A stretch of 63,514 nt of DNA, filler included, from Reticulomyxa filosa (lineage: Eukaryota; Protista; Foraminifera), in NCBI GenBank assembly GCA_000512085.1. It is 18 parts of 18 records of this genome, joined end to end, with 100 filler letters (N's around TTAATTAATTAA, not from the genome) between each part and the next. Parts side by side here need not be neighbours in the genome. Positions count along the whole stretch, not along the records: positions 39,271 to 41,438 come from ASPP01024882.1; positions 41,539 to 43,474 come from ASPP01023359.1; positions 43,575 to 55,582 come from ASPP01000763.1; 15 more parts are not named here. One strand, written 5' to 3'. The position numbers were made by a program, and so were the translations under genes. The notes beneath the pieces are model-generated. The model made no database searches. It was given only the letters and a program-made list of their open reading frames with translations, and was not told where the DNA came from. Shown in pieces: positions 39,390 through 52,000 of the stretch (positions are counted from its first letter, which is position 1; the number at the start of each line of letters is the position of its first letter).

Positions 39390-40254
39390 TTGTTTGCTTG
39401 CGTCAAGCACCAGAATTGGGCACGCCTATCCCTGAGCGAGAGTTGTTTGGACATACGAAGGCAGTGTATTGCCTGTATGGAGACGAGCAGCATGGCCGTC
39501 TGTTCAGTGGGGGAAATGACAATAGCATATGCGTTTGGTTCCGGAATGAGAAATTGAACGACTTGATGCAACTCCAAGCACTGACATCGGTGCACAAATC
39601 GAATGGGTTCACATGTTTGGTGGTCATGTCGAACATCGACAGCATTGCAACTGGCACAGACAATGGCTACGTATCGATATGGCACGAGTGCGAGTACGAC
39701 ACTCCGGAGCCCCTGTATGTGGACCAGATTCGTTCCAATTCAATACACAAATCCAATGGCCAAGACAGTAATCTTACTCGTTCCAATCAATTGGACACTG
39801 ACGAACATGAGCGATGGTCAATCGAGCCCGTGTTATATCGGAACAGATGATCCGATCCAAATCCCTTTTCTCTCATCACTTACTTGATCAGTCCACCTCC
39901 ACTTCTGCTCCAAAGAAAACACAGACACGAAACAAAGTCTGGAAATGTGTGTATTCATGGCGTGCTCATGACGGCCGGGTGTTGTCCATCCAATATATTG
40001 AAAAAGATAATGTGCTGGTTACCAGTGGCGAAGATGGGTGTGTTCGTGTTGTATATATGTGCCATCCTGGATTATTCCCCAGTGTTCAGGTCGCACCCAA
40101 AGACAATGATTTGGAAACTGTCCACTTGTCATTCAGTCAACTCAACAAAAACAGACTTTCCGCTGGAAATTATTCGCCCATTGTCCGACAGACGTTGGGC
40201 AATGTATTTGATGAAATCGAGAAAAGAGACAGTATCGGGTACCAAACTAAGTAA
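39390..40254 (+). CDS. WD40-repeat protein, C-terminal part
   Basis: LFGHTKAVYCL...LFSGGNDNSICVW, IATGTDNGYVSIW and AHDGRVLSI...LVTSGEDGCVRV. Frame change near 39830. Confidence 0.75.
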
Positions 40255-40878
40255 ATGTTATAACATGAATTATTAAGGCCAAAATGCTTTTTTCTTTTTT
40301 AAAAAAATTATGGGGATAGAAAAAGTCAAAGGCGATTGAAGGACAAGAAGTATATGTTTTTTTTTTCCTACAATTATTTCTATTCTTATTTGATTCATTA
40401 AGTATTGCCAGCATTCAACTAAAATTCTCATTGTGTTTTTGTCTTTCCTGTTTCGGAGGAGTAACATCAACAAAGCTCTTCTTACGAAAGAAAGAAAATG
40501 TAGAGTCTGTTGGGACTAGGAGATATGTCACGAATCGACCTTAATAAACTGCTTCATTAAATCATAGAAGACGAATAGATGTAAAAATTATTAGCACGTA
40601 AAATGATCGAGCAATTTTCAAGCCTTATTCAGTAAAGGAAATAATCAACTGAGTTCTACGTTTGTAAAATGTGAATAGTTACTTGCGCTTGGGATTTTAA
40701 AAAAGCATAAATGATATTTACAGAAATGCTTTTACGCTATAATGACCACATGAATTGCAAGCACATTACCCTCAAGAAAAGAGGAAACAGTTTTTTGAAA
40801 GTTAAAAGTTCTTAATTTTGGAGATAAGAGCGCTTGTTGAGTTGATTGTGTTCGGTAAAATTTTAAACATTTTGGATC

Positions 40879-41438
40879 ATGAGCGACGAAATGAACGAAG
40901 AGGGCTATGAGAAGGACGACACAATCCCTCCAATGGATCCAAACAAAATTGCCTGCGTGGAGCAAAGCGTAATGGAACAAAATGACAACATCAATGTGAC
41001 AGACACGTCACAGTTGGAGACGAAAGATACCGAGAAGACAATCGACAACGGAAACAAGCAAAGTTCTAATGAACGTAAGAATGCAATTACTTTTGGGGAA
41101 AAAAAAACAAGTGTAAGTGAACAAAAGAACAACAATATCCAAAAAAAAAAAGCAGATAGCAAAGAACAAGAAAGAAAAGAACAGGAAAGTGAAGAGGAAG
41201 AAGAAGAGAAGAACTTGAAAGCTAATGACGACACATTACAAGAAACCGAAACGAAAGAGGACGACAAAGACCAAAGCGTCGTCGACACAACTCACGCAAA
41301 AGAAAATGACAAATCGTTAGTTGCAAAGGGGGGGGGGGAGGGGGAAGGGAGGGAAAGAGAGAGAAAGAGAGAGAAAGAAGAAAGAGGAGGAGGAGGAGGA
41401 GGAAAGAGGGAATCAATAAATAATAATAACAATAACGA
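40879..41438 (+). CDS. Acidic/lysine-rich hypothetical protein, 5' part
   Basis: ATG-initiated E/K/D-rich ORF running into the gap. Confidence 0.5.
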
Positions 41439-41538
41439 NNNNNNNNNNNNNNNNNNNNNNNNNNNNNNNNNNNNNNNNNNNNTTAATTAATTAANNNNNN
41501 NNNNNNNNNNNNNNNNNNNNNNNNNNNNNNNNNNNNNN

Positions 41539-41891
41539 CATTTTAATTCTGAACATCTTTTAACGGCCGCAGAATAGAGAGTGATATCTTGAGATGAACT
41601 CTCTTTGAGATATTGAATAATCTCTTTATCAGATTCCATTTTTTGAATTAATGATCGTTCATGTTTTGATTCAGGGGATGATGTTGTTTTTGATAATGCA
41701 CCCTGTTGTCCCTTTAGCTTTTTCATGTACTGAGTCCTTTGATACTGTTCATCCAATCTGACTTGATGTGTGCTGGATTGACGAAGGCGTCTAATGAGAA
41801 TGCAAGGAATAATGTTCCAGATTGGCCTTTTGTTCAGTGCTCCTTGTCTAAGGCCAGTTCTTCTGATAGTTGCAATCATCATTGCTGTCAT
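41539..41891 (-). CDS. PPR-like protein with putative mitochondrial presequence, 5' part (copy 1)
   Basis: Arg-rich, acid-poor N-terminus. DITLYSAAVKRCSELK resembles a PPR helix. Near-identical to the ORF at 43083. Confidence 0.6.
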
Positions 41892-43082
41892 TTATTTTTT
41901 TATCAATTTCTATACTTGAACTTTGCGAACCTTTTAATTAAAAAAAAGATTCCAAATTTGAATGTTTTAGTTGGTATTTATTGAATGTTAATTAAAATTA
42001 TTTGTGAAATACTTTTTTATGTTGGTTTGTAACAAATAAGTGGGCATTTTTAAAAAAATCAACATCTTTGCTCAAAAACAAAATGTTTCTGATTGAGATC
42101 GCTTTAGATAACATAAACTAAATTAAGTCTGATTTGCCATTGAGACACAATACTTGGAAAGACGCAAAATATAGGTATCAATTATTAAGAAGTTTTGTCT
42201 TTTTTTTTTGTCTCAATTCCATTCCATTCCACAGCAATTAATTAAATCCATAAATAATTGTCATCATGGTTAATCCCTTTGTCAATATCCAATTTGGTTT
42301 TCATAAGAACTGAACTGTGTTTTATTTTGGAAAGAACTTTTGTTGTAATTTCAACTCTTTTATGTGAAACATGTTTGCAAGGCAGCAAATATTTTATGTT
42401 CAAATGAGACTATTTTAATTTTCAATTAGTCACTCAAGTTTTTCACTTTTTTAATCTTTTCATGCACTTTGAAAATACAACTCTAAAGAATATTTACTCA
42501 TCACTTTTGTTCTTTTTCAATAACAGAACTTTATTAAAAGCCTCAAAAAACAGTTCATTAACAGTGATATTTTCTATCATATATATGACATTTGATCATG
42601 TCTTTGTTGTGAGATATATAAACTACAATGATAAAACACTTTTTAAAATTTTTTTCATTGAAAAAAACATGGACAAATGATCCATTTGTCTTGATTTGAT
42701 TGTACATAAGTAAAAGGATATTCTCTTTTTTTTCTTCCCTAAAATGGATATCAAGAAAATTATGATTATAACAAAAACTACCTTTCATATCTGTTATATC
42801 TTGCGATCTTGGATTTTAACGTAAGATATCAGTTATCTTACATTTTTTCAAACCATATTTTCTTTGAGTTGCGTTTTTGCAACTGTTAAGATCAACGGAA
42901 AATAATCTCAAGCTTTCTTCTAAAACATTAGCTATCAATAATTGTCAAATAATTCATACATTTGCAAAAATTTAAGATATCTTTGGAAAATCACTTCAAC
43001 AAATTCCTTCCACAAGTAACGTTTAAAAGTGAGTTCAAAAAAAATTAAAGTTCAACTTTTGAATTGATAATAAAAAAATCAA

Positions 43083-43474
43083 ATGACAGCAATGATGATT
43101 ACAGCTTTCAGAAGAACCGGACTTAGATGTAGAACAATGGACAAGCGACCAAGCTGGATTCTTGTTCCTTGTGTTTTCATTAGACGACTTCGTCAATCCA
43201 GCGCATATCAAGAGTCATTGGACGAACAACATCAAATGACTCAATACAAGAAAAAACTACAGGGACAACAGGGTGCATTATCAAAAACAACATCATCTCC
43301 TGAATCAAGACATGAACGATCATTAATTCGAAACATGGAATCTGATAAAGAGATTATTCAATATCTCAAGGAAAGTTCATCTCAAAATATTATTATTTAT
43401 TCTGCAGCTGTTAAAAGATGTTCAGAATTAAAATGTCCCAATTCAATCATTCGAATTATTCAAATTATGCAAAG
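43083..43474 (+). CDS. PPR-like protein with putative mitochondrial presequence, 5' part (copy 2)
   Basis: MTAMMITAFRRTGLR...NIIIYSAAVKRCSELKCPNSIIRIIQIMQ. Paralog of 41539-41891. Confidence 0.6.
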
Positions 43475-44401
43475 NNNNNNNNNNNNNNNNNNNNNNNNNN
43501 NNNNNNNNNNNNNNNNNNTTAATTAATTAANNNNNNNNNNNNNNNNNNNNNNNNNNNNNNNNNNNNNNNNNNNNTCTCTTCATATAATGCCATTTAGGTA
43601 TGGCAGTTTTTTTTGCAATATACTGTACATCATGATATTTAAAAAAAAGTCCAAACTTTTGGGGCTTTGTTGGATATTTCTTTTTGTTTTTAAATTTCGA
43701 ATGCTCTTTCAATTGCAAATCTTGTTGACAATTTCAGTTCCAGAAATATCTTGTAGGGCAAGCCCATATTATACATGGCTGAACTCTTATGGAACTGAAG
43801 AGCTCCCTCTGGGTTAAACTTGTTTTTGGTCTTTCCTTTTTACTTACTGAGTTATTTATTGTGATTATTTAGTTTACTTTGTTTTACTGAAAGCCACTCT
43901 CAATTCGAGTAAAATCTTTTCGTATTACATTTAGTGTAGCTCTCTACAGTAGACACACCACAATATAATCGTAAGAATTTTTGAATTGGAAAAATGAAAA
44001 TAAAAAAAAAAGAAAAATTACATTTCATAATTTATTGTTTTTTGATGTTGATGTTTATTGACCGGTGTGTGTATTTTTTTTTTTGGGACCAATTTTTTTT
44101 TGTAAAACAAATAAAGGGAAATACAAATTGGAGTAAAAACAAACAATACCACAAATTATCTTTAATAATGAACATATCAAACTTTGGCAATGTCAATTAA
44201 CTGTTTTTCAAGCTTGCTTAAATAGTATTCACTTTCCAAAGGCAAGTTCTGAATATGTATGAAAATGCTTAAGAGTAAATCTCAAGATTATTTTAACTTT
44301 TAAAAAAGATCTTTGGTATATCACAAATTTACAATTCAAGACTTTTAAATGAGACAAATCATCGATAAACAAAGTCTTTATATCAAAAATAAAAAAAATT
44401 A

Positions 44402-45373
44402 TCATGGTGTTCTTTTGGCAACAAAAATCATATCATATGAAGTAGTATCTTGTGTTTCTATACAATACCATTCACCACTACTTCTCTTTCGGATTTCTTG
44501 TCGAATATCGTCAAACATTTGCTTAAATGGATATCCGCTTTTGTATTTAGACTTCACAACACTTTTCATGCTACTACTCAGTAATGAGAAATCTCCAATT
44601 TGATATCCTTGTGTAGTTGACCAAATCATCAAAAACCCATCATCATTATGTCCAAGTAACCGTATATCTTCTTTTTTTTCTACCTTTCCTCTCATTGCCA
44701 TTGTTTGAGAAGTTGGAATGTTTTCACCACGACATACATCAATGATAAAAATTTTGGGGAAATTTTTGAAAGATTCCATTTTATCACAATTAAATGATGC
44801 ACGTATTTCATCAATTGATAAAGATTTTCCATCACTTGTCACCAACATATTTCCATTCTTTCCATGTCCACAGATAATCATTATCAATCCATCATATTGT
44901 TTTGCATTTGTACGAAGTTCAAAATCAACAAATAATCGGTCCATAAATACTTGTACATCTTTTTTTGTCATTTGTGGAGATTGATTACACACAAATTGAT
45001 AATTCAATTCTTGCTCAAATAATTTTTTGAAATTCTTGACATCCTTTTTTTTCACATTTGGAATATTAGGCCATTCTGTGGTATAAATATATTCACTAAT
45101 TCCAATCATTACAACTAATGCGTTCTTTATTATCTTGTATTTTCCACTTATTATCAATTGCTGTAAGGATCTCGAACGTATTTTAAATGAAGGCTCTTTC
45201 GTCATAAATGCTTGTTTAACTGCTTTATCAGAATTAATAACATTGTTCTTCATATCAACTAATTCGAATGTCAAATCTAAACAAGAATAACTCTGACGAG
45301 TCAGCTCTTCTAATGTTAAATCTTTCATTTTTATCAATTTCTTTGTTTCATTCACTATCACATATGCTTGTTG
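44402..45373 (-). CDS. Caspase-like (peptidase C14, p20/p10) domain exon
   Basis: ALVVMIGISEY, DGLIMIICGHG, LVTSDG, F....MESFKNFPKIFIIDVCRG and DGFLMIWSTTQGY. Confidence 0.92.
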   Translation of the reverse strand, partial: QQAYVIVNETKKLIKMKDLTLEELTRQSYSCLDLTFELVDMKNNVINSDKAVKQAFMTKEPSFKIRSRSLQQLIISGKYKIIKNALVVMIGISEYIYTTEWPNIPNVKKKDVKNFKKLFEQELNYQFVCNQSPQMTKKDVQVFMDRLFVDFELRTNAKQYDGLIMIICGHGKNGNMLVTSDGKSLSIDEIRASFNCDKMESFKNFPKIFIIDVCRGENIPTSQTMAMRGKVEKKEDIRLLGHNDDGFLMIWSTTQGYQIGDFSLLSSSMKSVVKSKYKSGYPFKQMFDDIRQEIRKRSSGEWYCIETQDTTSYDMIFVAKRTP

Positions 45374-47991
45374 CTGTTATTTTTGTTGGAAAAATACAAA
45401 TTTACAATAAATTAAAAAAAGAAAAAACAAAACCTCATTTTCTTTTTTTTCTTGTTTGTGATCTTGATTACTCTATTTCAATTCACATACAATTGTTTGT
45501 TTGATCCCTATATAAAAAAACAAAATCATTAAAAAAATTAAACATTATCGATAGAATGACAATCAATATACAATTCAATGGCAACACGAATTGCAAAAAT
45601 ATATTCATTCTTCAAATCATTTTTCCATTTATTTTGATTCAACAACCACGTTATAAAATCATTTCGTGTTAATTGTTCATATTTTTCAATAATTTTAGCT
45701 TTATCATTTTCATCTCTTTCATCCCACCATTTCAAACCTTTTTCCTTCTTTTTTTAAATTTATAATAACAATTATTATCATATTATTATATATGATCAAA
45801 AACAATTAAACAACGATAATCAAACTTCATTGATCTTTTCCAATGTTAACTTCACATTCTGTGTTTTCTGATGTTGTTCACCAAATCTTTGATTAAAAAT
45901 TTTGATCGCTTTTTCATAATATTTTCTTGCTTTAGTTTTATTTCTCTTTGCAAAATGAATATCTCCTAAAAGAACATAAGATTCACCAATGTGTGGATGA
46001 TTGCAATCTAATTTATTCAATCTTAACTCTAATGCCTTTTCTCCAAATTCAATTGATTTGTTCAATATATTATTATTTTTAAATGCACTTGCCAAATAAT
46101 GGAAAGACAAGCCAATATAAAGACGATCATCATTCAAATTTTTACGTCTAATTTCCAATGGTTTTTCAAAATATTGAATTACTTCTTCATTTGTTCCATT
46201 CTTTTCCAATATCAATCCCAACACATCAAATTTCTTTAATATAATATTCAATGCATTCTCATGATATTTGATTGATGTTTCATATTCTCCTGTTTCCAAA
46301 TATGAATTTCCTAAATTATAGGACCATATTACTACATCTATGTGATTTTCATTTAATTGTTCTAAAGAAATTTTCAAGCATTTTTTATAATATTCAATTG
46401 ATTCGGCATAATTTCTTTTTCCATAATGAATGTTTCCCAAATGATTGTAACAAATGGCAACATCAATTTGATTTCCGTCGATTTTTTTAGAATAAATATC
46501 CAATGCTTTTTTGTGATATTCATATGCTTCATCATAGTTTGTTTTCATATAATAAACACTTCCCAAATTGTTGTAAGAACTGGCAATATCAATGTGATTA
46601 CTATCTAATTTTTCTGACCGAATTTCCAACACCTTTTGGTGATATTCAAGCGCCTTGTCGTATTTTCTTATGCTTTCATAAGCATTTCCCAAATTGTTAT
46701 ATGAAGTAATGACATAAGTATGGCCAGGCCCCAATTGGGTTAATTCTATTTCCAATGCCTTTTCGAAATATTGTATTTCTTTGTCATAACTTCCTTTGCT
46801 TTTATATGCATGTCCTAAACGGTTGTATAAATTTCTTACATCAATGTGACCCGATCCCAATTCATCTGATGTTATTTTCAAAGCCTTTTCATAATATTCG
46901 ATTGCTTTATCATATTCTACTTTCATATAATAAGCATTTCCCAAACGTCTGTAAGATTTAGCAACATCAATGTAATCAGATCCCAATTTATCTAATTTTA
47001 TTTTCAATGCTTTTTCATGATATTCGATTGCTTTGTCATATTCTCCTTTCCCATGATATGCATCTCCTAGGTAGCCAAAAGCGTATCCTACTAAAATATC
47101 AGAATCATCTAGTGTTTGCAATCTAACACAAAGCACAAAACGAATCAACGAAATTGCTTTATCAAAATTTAGTATCTTGTATGAATTCTTTTCCTAATTG
47201 AATAAGCTTATCTGTATTAATGGGCCATGAGACAATGAAAATAGGTTGCTTAAAAGTATAATTAATAACAGATTTTTTGGTATGAATAAGATGTTGAGTA
47301 ATGTGAAAATGACCAATTCCATCAATCATACAATCAATCACATAAACACATCCATCGATTGTAATATTATCAAATTTGATATTTTTTGAATGAAATGAAT
47401 AAACAGTATATGGTGAAATTATCTTTTTTTTCATATATTGTTTTGAATTAATCATCATTGAAAAATGGATATCTTGAAAATTCTTTTGATCATTTGATTT
47501 TGCAAATTGATCAAGATTGATTGAAACAATCACAATTCCTTTTTGTCTTTCTTCAATCATTTCATTCACTATCCTAAGCGCTCTCTTGTTTGCTTCGATC
47601 CATGGCTTATTCTGATCCAATTCAATAGTTTTAATATTTTGTGTTTCAACATCAGGATATTTCATTTCTTCATCATTGTTTTCTGATTATTTGCATTTCC
47701 AATTCAATTATTTTTTTTAAAAGAATATATCTTTTAAAAAACGAAAACAAAACTGTTTATGAAATGAATAAAAAGGCGAACAGGGTTAGTATCAAATGCA
47801 ATTCGGAGTTTTTGATTATTGTCGATGTTTTGTCCATTTATATCTCTAATTTTAAACTGGAGTAAATTTTTTGATTGAGTTCTGTTATTGAGGATCTCTT
47901 TCACTTTGTCTTCCAAACTTTTCAGTGACAAGGAGGTGAGCGTCACTTCATGACTTTTATTTTCAAAGTAAACAGAAGCTTGGAAAGACAT
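44402..47991 (-). CDS. Predicted single gene: PB1-like / spacer / ~10 TPR / linker / PB1-like / caspase-like C14 protease. Exons 47991-47754, 47682-45826, 45747-45544, 45472-45434, 45373-44402; 1-nt frameshift at ~47164
   Basis: All four inferred GT-AG introns keep the frame. About 42-aa TPR repeats (e.g. SYNNLGNAY...YDKALEYHQKVLEI). His-Cys dyad context IICGHG and PKIFIIDVCRG. Confidence 0.7.
45826..47160 (-). CDS. TPR repeat array (about 10 repeats)
   Basis: Repeated [S/L]YxxLGxAYxxKGxYDKAIEYxEKALxIxxxxLGxxHxDV units. Confidence 0.93.
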
Positions 47992-49481
47992 GCTTACTAA
48001 AAAAAACTCTAAAATTTCTTCTACTTTATTTTTCCTCTTTTTGTTTGTGTCTCGTTACCCGTCAAAATCCTTGTGTCATTAGCATTTAACTATTGCCACT
48101 AAATGTGTTTCAGTTCTAACCTCTCTAGCAAATCATAACTACCTTTTTCAAAAAAAAGAAACCACAAATTACGTCATTAATCTATTACATTCTTATTTTG
48201 GAAAATGGAAGCGTTTGCATAAAAAAAATAAATCGACTCTTGTAATATGCTATCCTTTGATTGAAGAAGACAAGTTTTAATAATTGAAACTGAAACAATG
48301 CCTTGAGCAACTGCAAACAACGCAACTAAAAAAAGGAGACAGCCACAAATGTAAAGCTCATTTTTTGTTAGGTTTTTACATAGTCTTTTTCCAAGACAAC
48401 AGTTGAATCAGTCTCAATAAGAGAAGACTGGATAATTTAGGCAATCCAGAGGAACTATTGACTTGATTTGCAATGGAATTTCGAACACAGTTGACAAGCG
48501 TACTTGTTTGGGCCACCTTCTTTCGAATGGTCCATTAAATTATATTTTGATCCAAATAATCACATAATTTGCAGTGTGTTGGCATTTCATTTGCATCAAT
48601 AAGGTAAATACGTCATACCAGCCTCTCCAAAAGTCGCGATATTCAACGTCCTCTTTCACATTGCCATTTTTTTGTAGCGCGAATAGCCCGCTACTATCTC
48701 TTCCATTGGTTGAAGAGATTATGCTGTTGACGATAGCTACTCCTGTTTTGCGGGCAAATTGTTATCCATCGCTTTTTGATACAGCACGCAATGATTTACT
48801 CCTTTATTGCCTCAAACTATGCCAAAGGTGCACGTTTCACAACAATTGTCCATTTCGTCACAAAACTTTCAATACTATTGCATTCTGCAAATCTCGATTT
48901 ATTGTTGTTGCGTTCACTCTTTGTTTGTGTTGATGACCGCATCTGAATATATGATGTACATGTGCTTATTTCAGTATACGTATTTTAAAACGATCTTGTG
49001 GATATGCAATTTCCATACCATTCACTGGGGGAGGGGGGATGTCAATTCCAACTATATTATTTCCCTTCCTTTCTAATGCCTTGTGGATGTATATAAAGAT
49101 GACCATAATTTCCAATAATTGAGATCGTGACTTGCGTTGATATTTATCAGGTACGGAGTTTCAGTGATTCATCATTATTATATCCTTTTTTACTCTGTAA
49201 GATATATCAACTTAAAATTAATTTACTCAATAATCGTTTTTCGCCAAATTCAAACTTTTCTGTAACAAAATTTGTCTAACAGTATGATGTTTGAGCTCTT
49301 TGCATTGATGATGAAAACTACAGTTTTTAAAAAGGGCAATATTTTTAACTATAGCGATTTTTGACGTTCAGTTTAACCCACCACTAAAGAAACTGAATTA
49401 TGTAAATAAGAAAAATGTACTAAAACGATAGTAAAACAAACAAAGCAGTATTTACTTTTTTCAAAACAAAGGTTTTTAGAA

Positions 49482-52000
49482 TCAGCTTTGGTTTGTAAAC
49501 AATTCTTGGTCTCTTATGTCAGCAACTTTGGAGATCTGGCCAATGATTGACAGCAGTTTTTGGTCTTTTAAAACGCATTTCACACCAGATCCTTTGTTAT
49601 CGAGTTTAATCGTCACAAATTCTTTTAGTACTTTCACTATATGATCCTTCAATAAAGTTTTCGTTTGCTGAGTTTGGTGAACATTTTCTGCTTTGCACAA
49701 ACCCAACAAAGACCGCCAAATTCGTTTTGATTGCGTACTGTCTTGCAACAAAAATCCCAACAGCAATGCCAAACAAAATAATAATAATTTGTTGGAAGAG
49801 TATTTGTGGCAATCGCGAGCAACAATATCGTGACTATTTTCTGCTGCTTCAATGTCGTTAATCATCCCAAACAATCGAAAGAAATGTTCTACCATGTACT
49901 GCAGCGCATTTGTCCCGTTTAAATCTGTAAAAAAAAACTTTAAAAAAGGGGAAAAGGGGCAAAGAAAAAAAAACTAACTGTAAGCATAAAATTGTTTCTG
50001 AAAAGTTTGGTTTCTTTCGGCGCAGTTAACCAAGACAGATAAACACACAACCGAACAGTCAACCATTTCAAATTTTTCAAAATGTCCAAAAATGTCGAAC
50101 AGAGCTTGTAGAGTCTCTTCTTTAAGTTTCACTGTGCGGTTGTGCGTAACATTGGTGAGCAGTTTCAGTGCTGTTTCTGTGATCTGGCATAAAAACTCGT
50201 TTATTTTGTTATCTGTTAAGCTCACCTATGAAGTTCTCCAAGGCACCACCCAACCAAACAGTATTCCTTTTGCAGAAAAAAAAGAGATTATCAAAACCAA
50301 CATTTTTTTTGAGGAGCAAAAGTGGAAAAAAAAGTTCACATGTAAATGTTATTTTAAATTACCTGAATTCCCCTCAAAACGATACCACAACATTCTATCA
50401 TTTTCAGCAAAGTTTGCTTTTGGACCAGTAGCGCCAGGGAGGTTTTGGCAGGCGACAAATCAGGTTGTTCCAATTCATTTGAGGTATTGTTCTTATTTTT
50501 AGACTCTTGAGAAACGTTTGCAGTGAGCCCCGTTTTCAAAAACGCAAGTTTTAATCGCATACTACTTTCGATTGCAAATAATAAAAACATGGTCTGACAT
50601 TGTTGTTGGCTGATAGGTTTAGCCCACTTTGATGTCTCATTGGACATAGCATTATCATCGGCATCATCGTTACCATTATTGTCATTGTTGTCATTTTCAT
50701 TTGTTGTTGTTTGATTGTTTGGCAAATCTATCTTTTGGCACAGTTTTTCCAATTGCACTGTCATTCGAAACAATACCGGCCACTCGTTCAAATAAGACAA
50801 CAACGATTGCGCTTTCTCTTTCAAGTCTGTTTTTGCCTCGTTTTCATTCGATTGCATCGCATCTAATCTTTGTGACAACAATGATAATGCACTACTGGCA
50901 ATCCAAGACGGCGTCACCTTTTTTTTTTTTGGCAAAGAGATAAAGAAGAGGAAAAAAATGTACAAATAACAATAATTAAAAAAAAAAATGTAAGAAATAA
51001 ACTTGAGTTATAAATTGGTCATATGTTGACCAACTGACAAACTTTTGATGTTCATTTTTTTTATGAGCTCCAGACATGGTTAAACGAACAACTTGGTGTA
51101 ACAGTGAACTGGACTTGTCGTCTCTGTTGCTCCCACTATCGGCTTTGTTCTGTTGCTGTTGTTGGTGTCGCTTTCGGCGACTTAATGTCGGTCTTGGACC
51201 TTTGTTGCTTGTATTCTGATTTTCCCTTTCTTGTGCCGCTTTTGTCTGGCTCGACTCAAACAAGTCTTCAATTGTCCACTCGTCACACCGCAGCAGTTCC
51301 ACCAGCATGTTTATCAATGTGTCCGACAGTTGGCCTAGCCAATGCTCACTCTCTTCACAGAAATAGTGCAACACGCAGCTTAGAGTCAACCACATCGTCT
51401 GTTGTCAGTTTGAAAATGAAGTGCAAAAATACACTAGTCTTTGCGTTACTTTTCATGAGTATCATAAACACATATACATATATATAATTGTAGGTATTAT
51501 AATATTAATTTTTTTTTTTTTTTTGTTATGGACCAAAAAAAAAAAAAGGATGACTAAGATTTTAGGGAGCATCGCGCTTTTTTGTGTTTGCGTTTTTTGC
51601 ATCTTTTTTTTTTCCCCCCTCTCTCTCACTTTCTTCCTCCTTCCTTCCCTCTCTATTCCAAAACTGGATCTTTGCCAGCATGAGCTTGGAAGCAGGCTTT
51701 CAACTGTGCTAAAATGTTGGGTACAATGTGGAGTGATTTCAGTATGATTTGTTTCATCTCCATTTGCATGTACATTATCAGCTTGCACATGGCGTCGTCA
51801 ATTACTTTCTAAAAAAAAAAAAAAAAGAGATGTCAAGTCAAGAAAACGTATAGGGTGTAACATGGGACTTTCAGCCGTGTCTTTTTTGTTCGTTATTGCT
51901 TTAAGTGAATTGTTTCAACTGGGCTATTTTTAGGATGCAGTCCTTCCAAAATATATTTTAATTCGTCCATGTTGGACCGCTGTTTGGTCAGCTCAAAATC
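49482..52000 (-). CDS. WAPL: WAPL (wings apart-like) cohesin-release factor homolog, multi-exon; start uncertain
   Basis: Helical-repeat blocks ALKLLTNVTHN, LSVLVNCAERN and CLALLLGFLLQD, plus terminal VLKEF...IIGQI, match the WAPL C-terminal domain pattern. The N-terminus is low-complexity. Confidence 0.55.
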
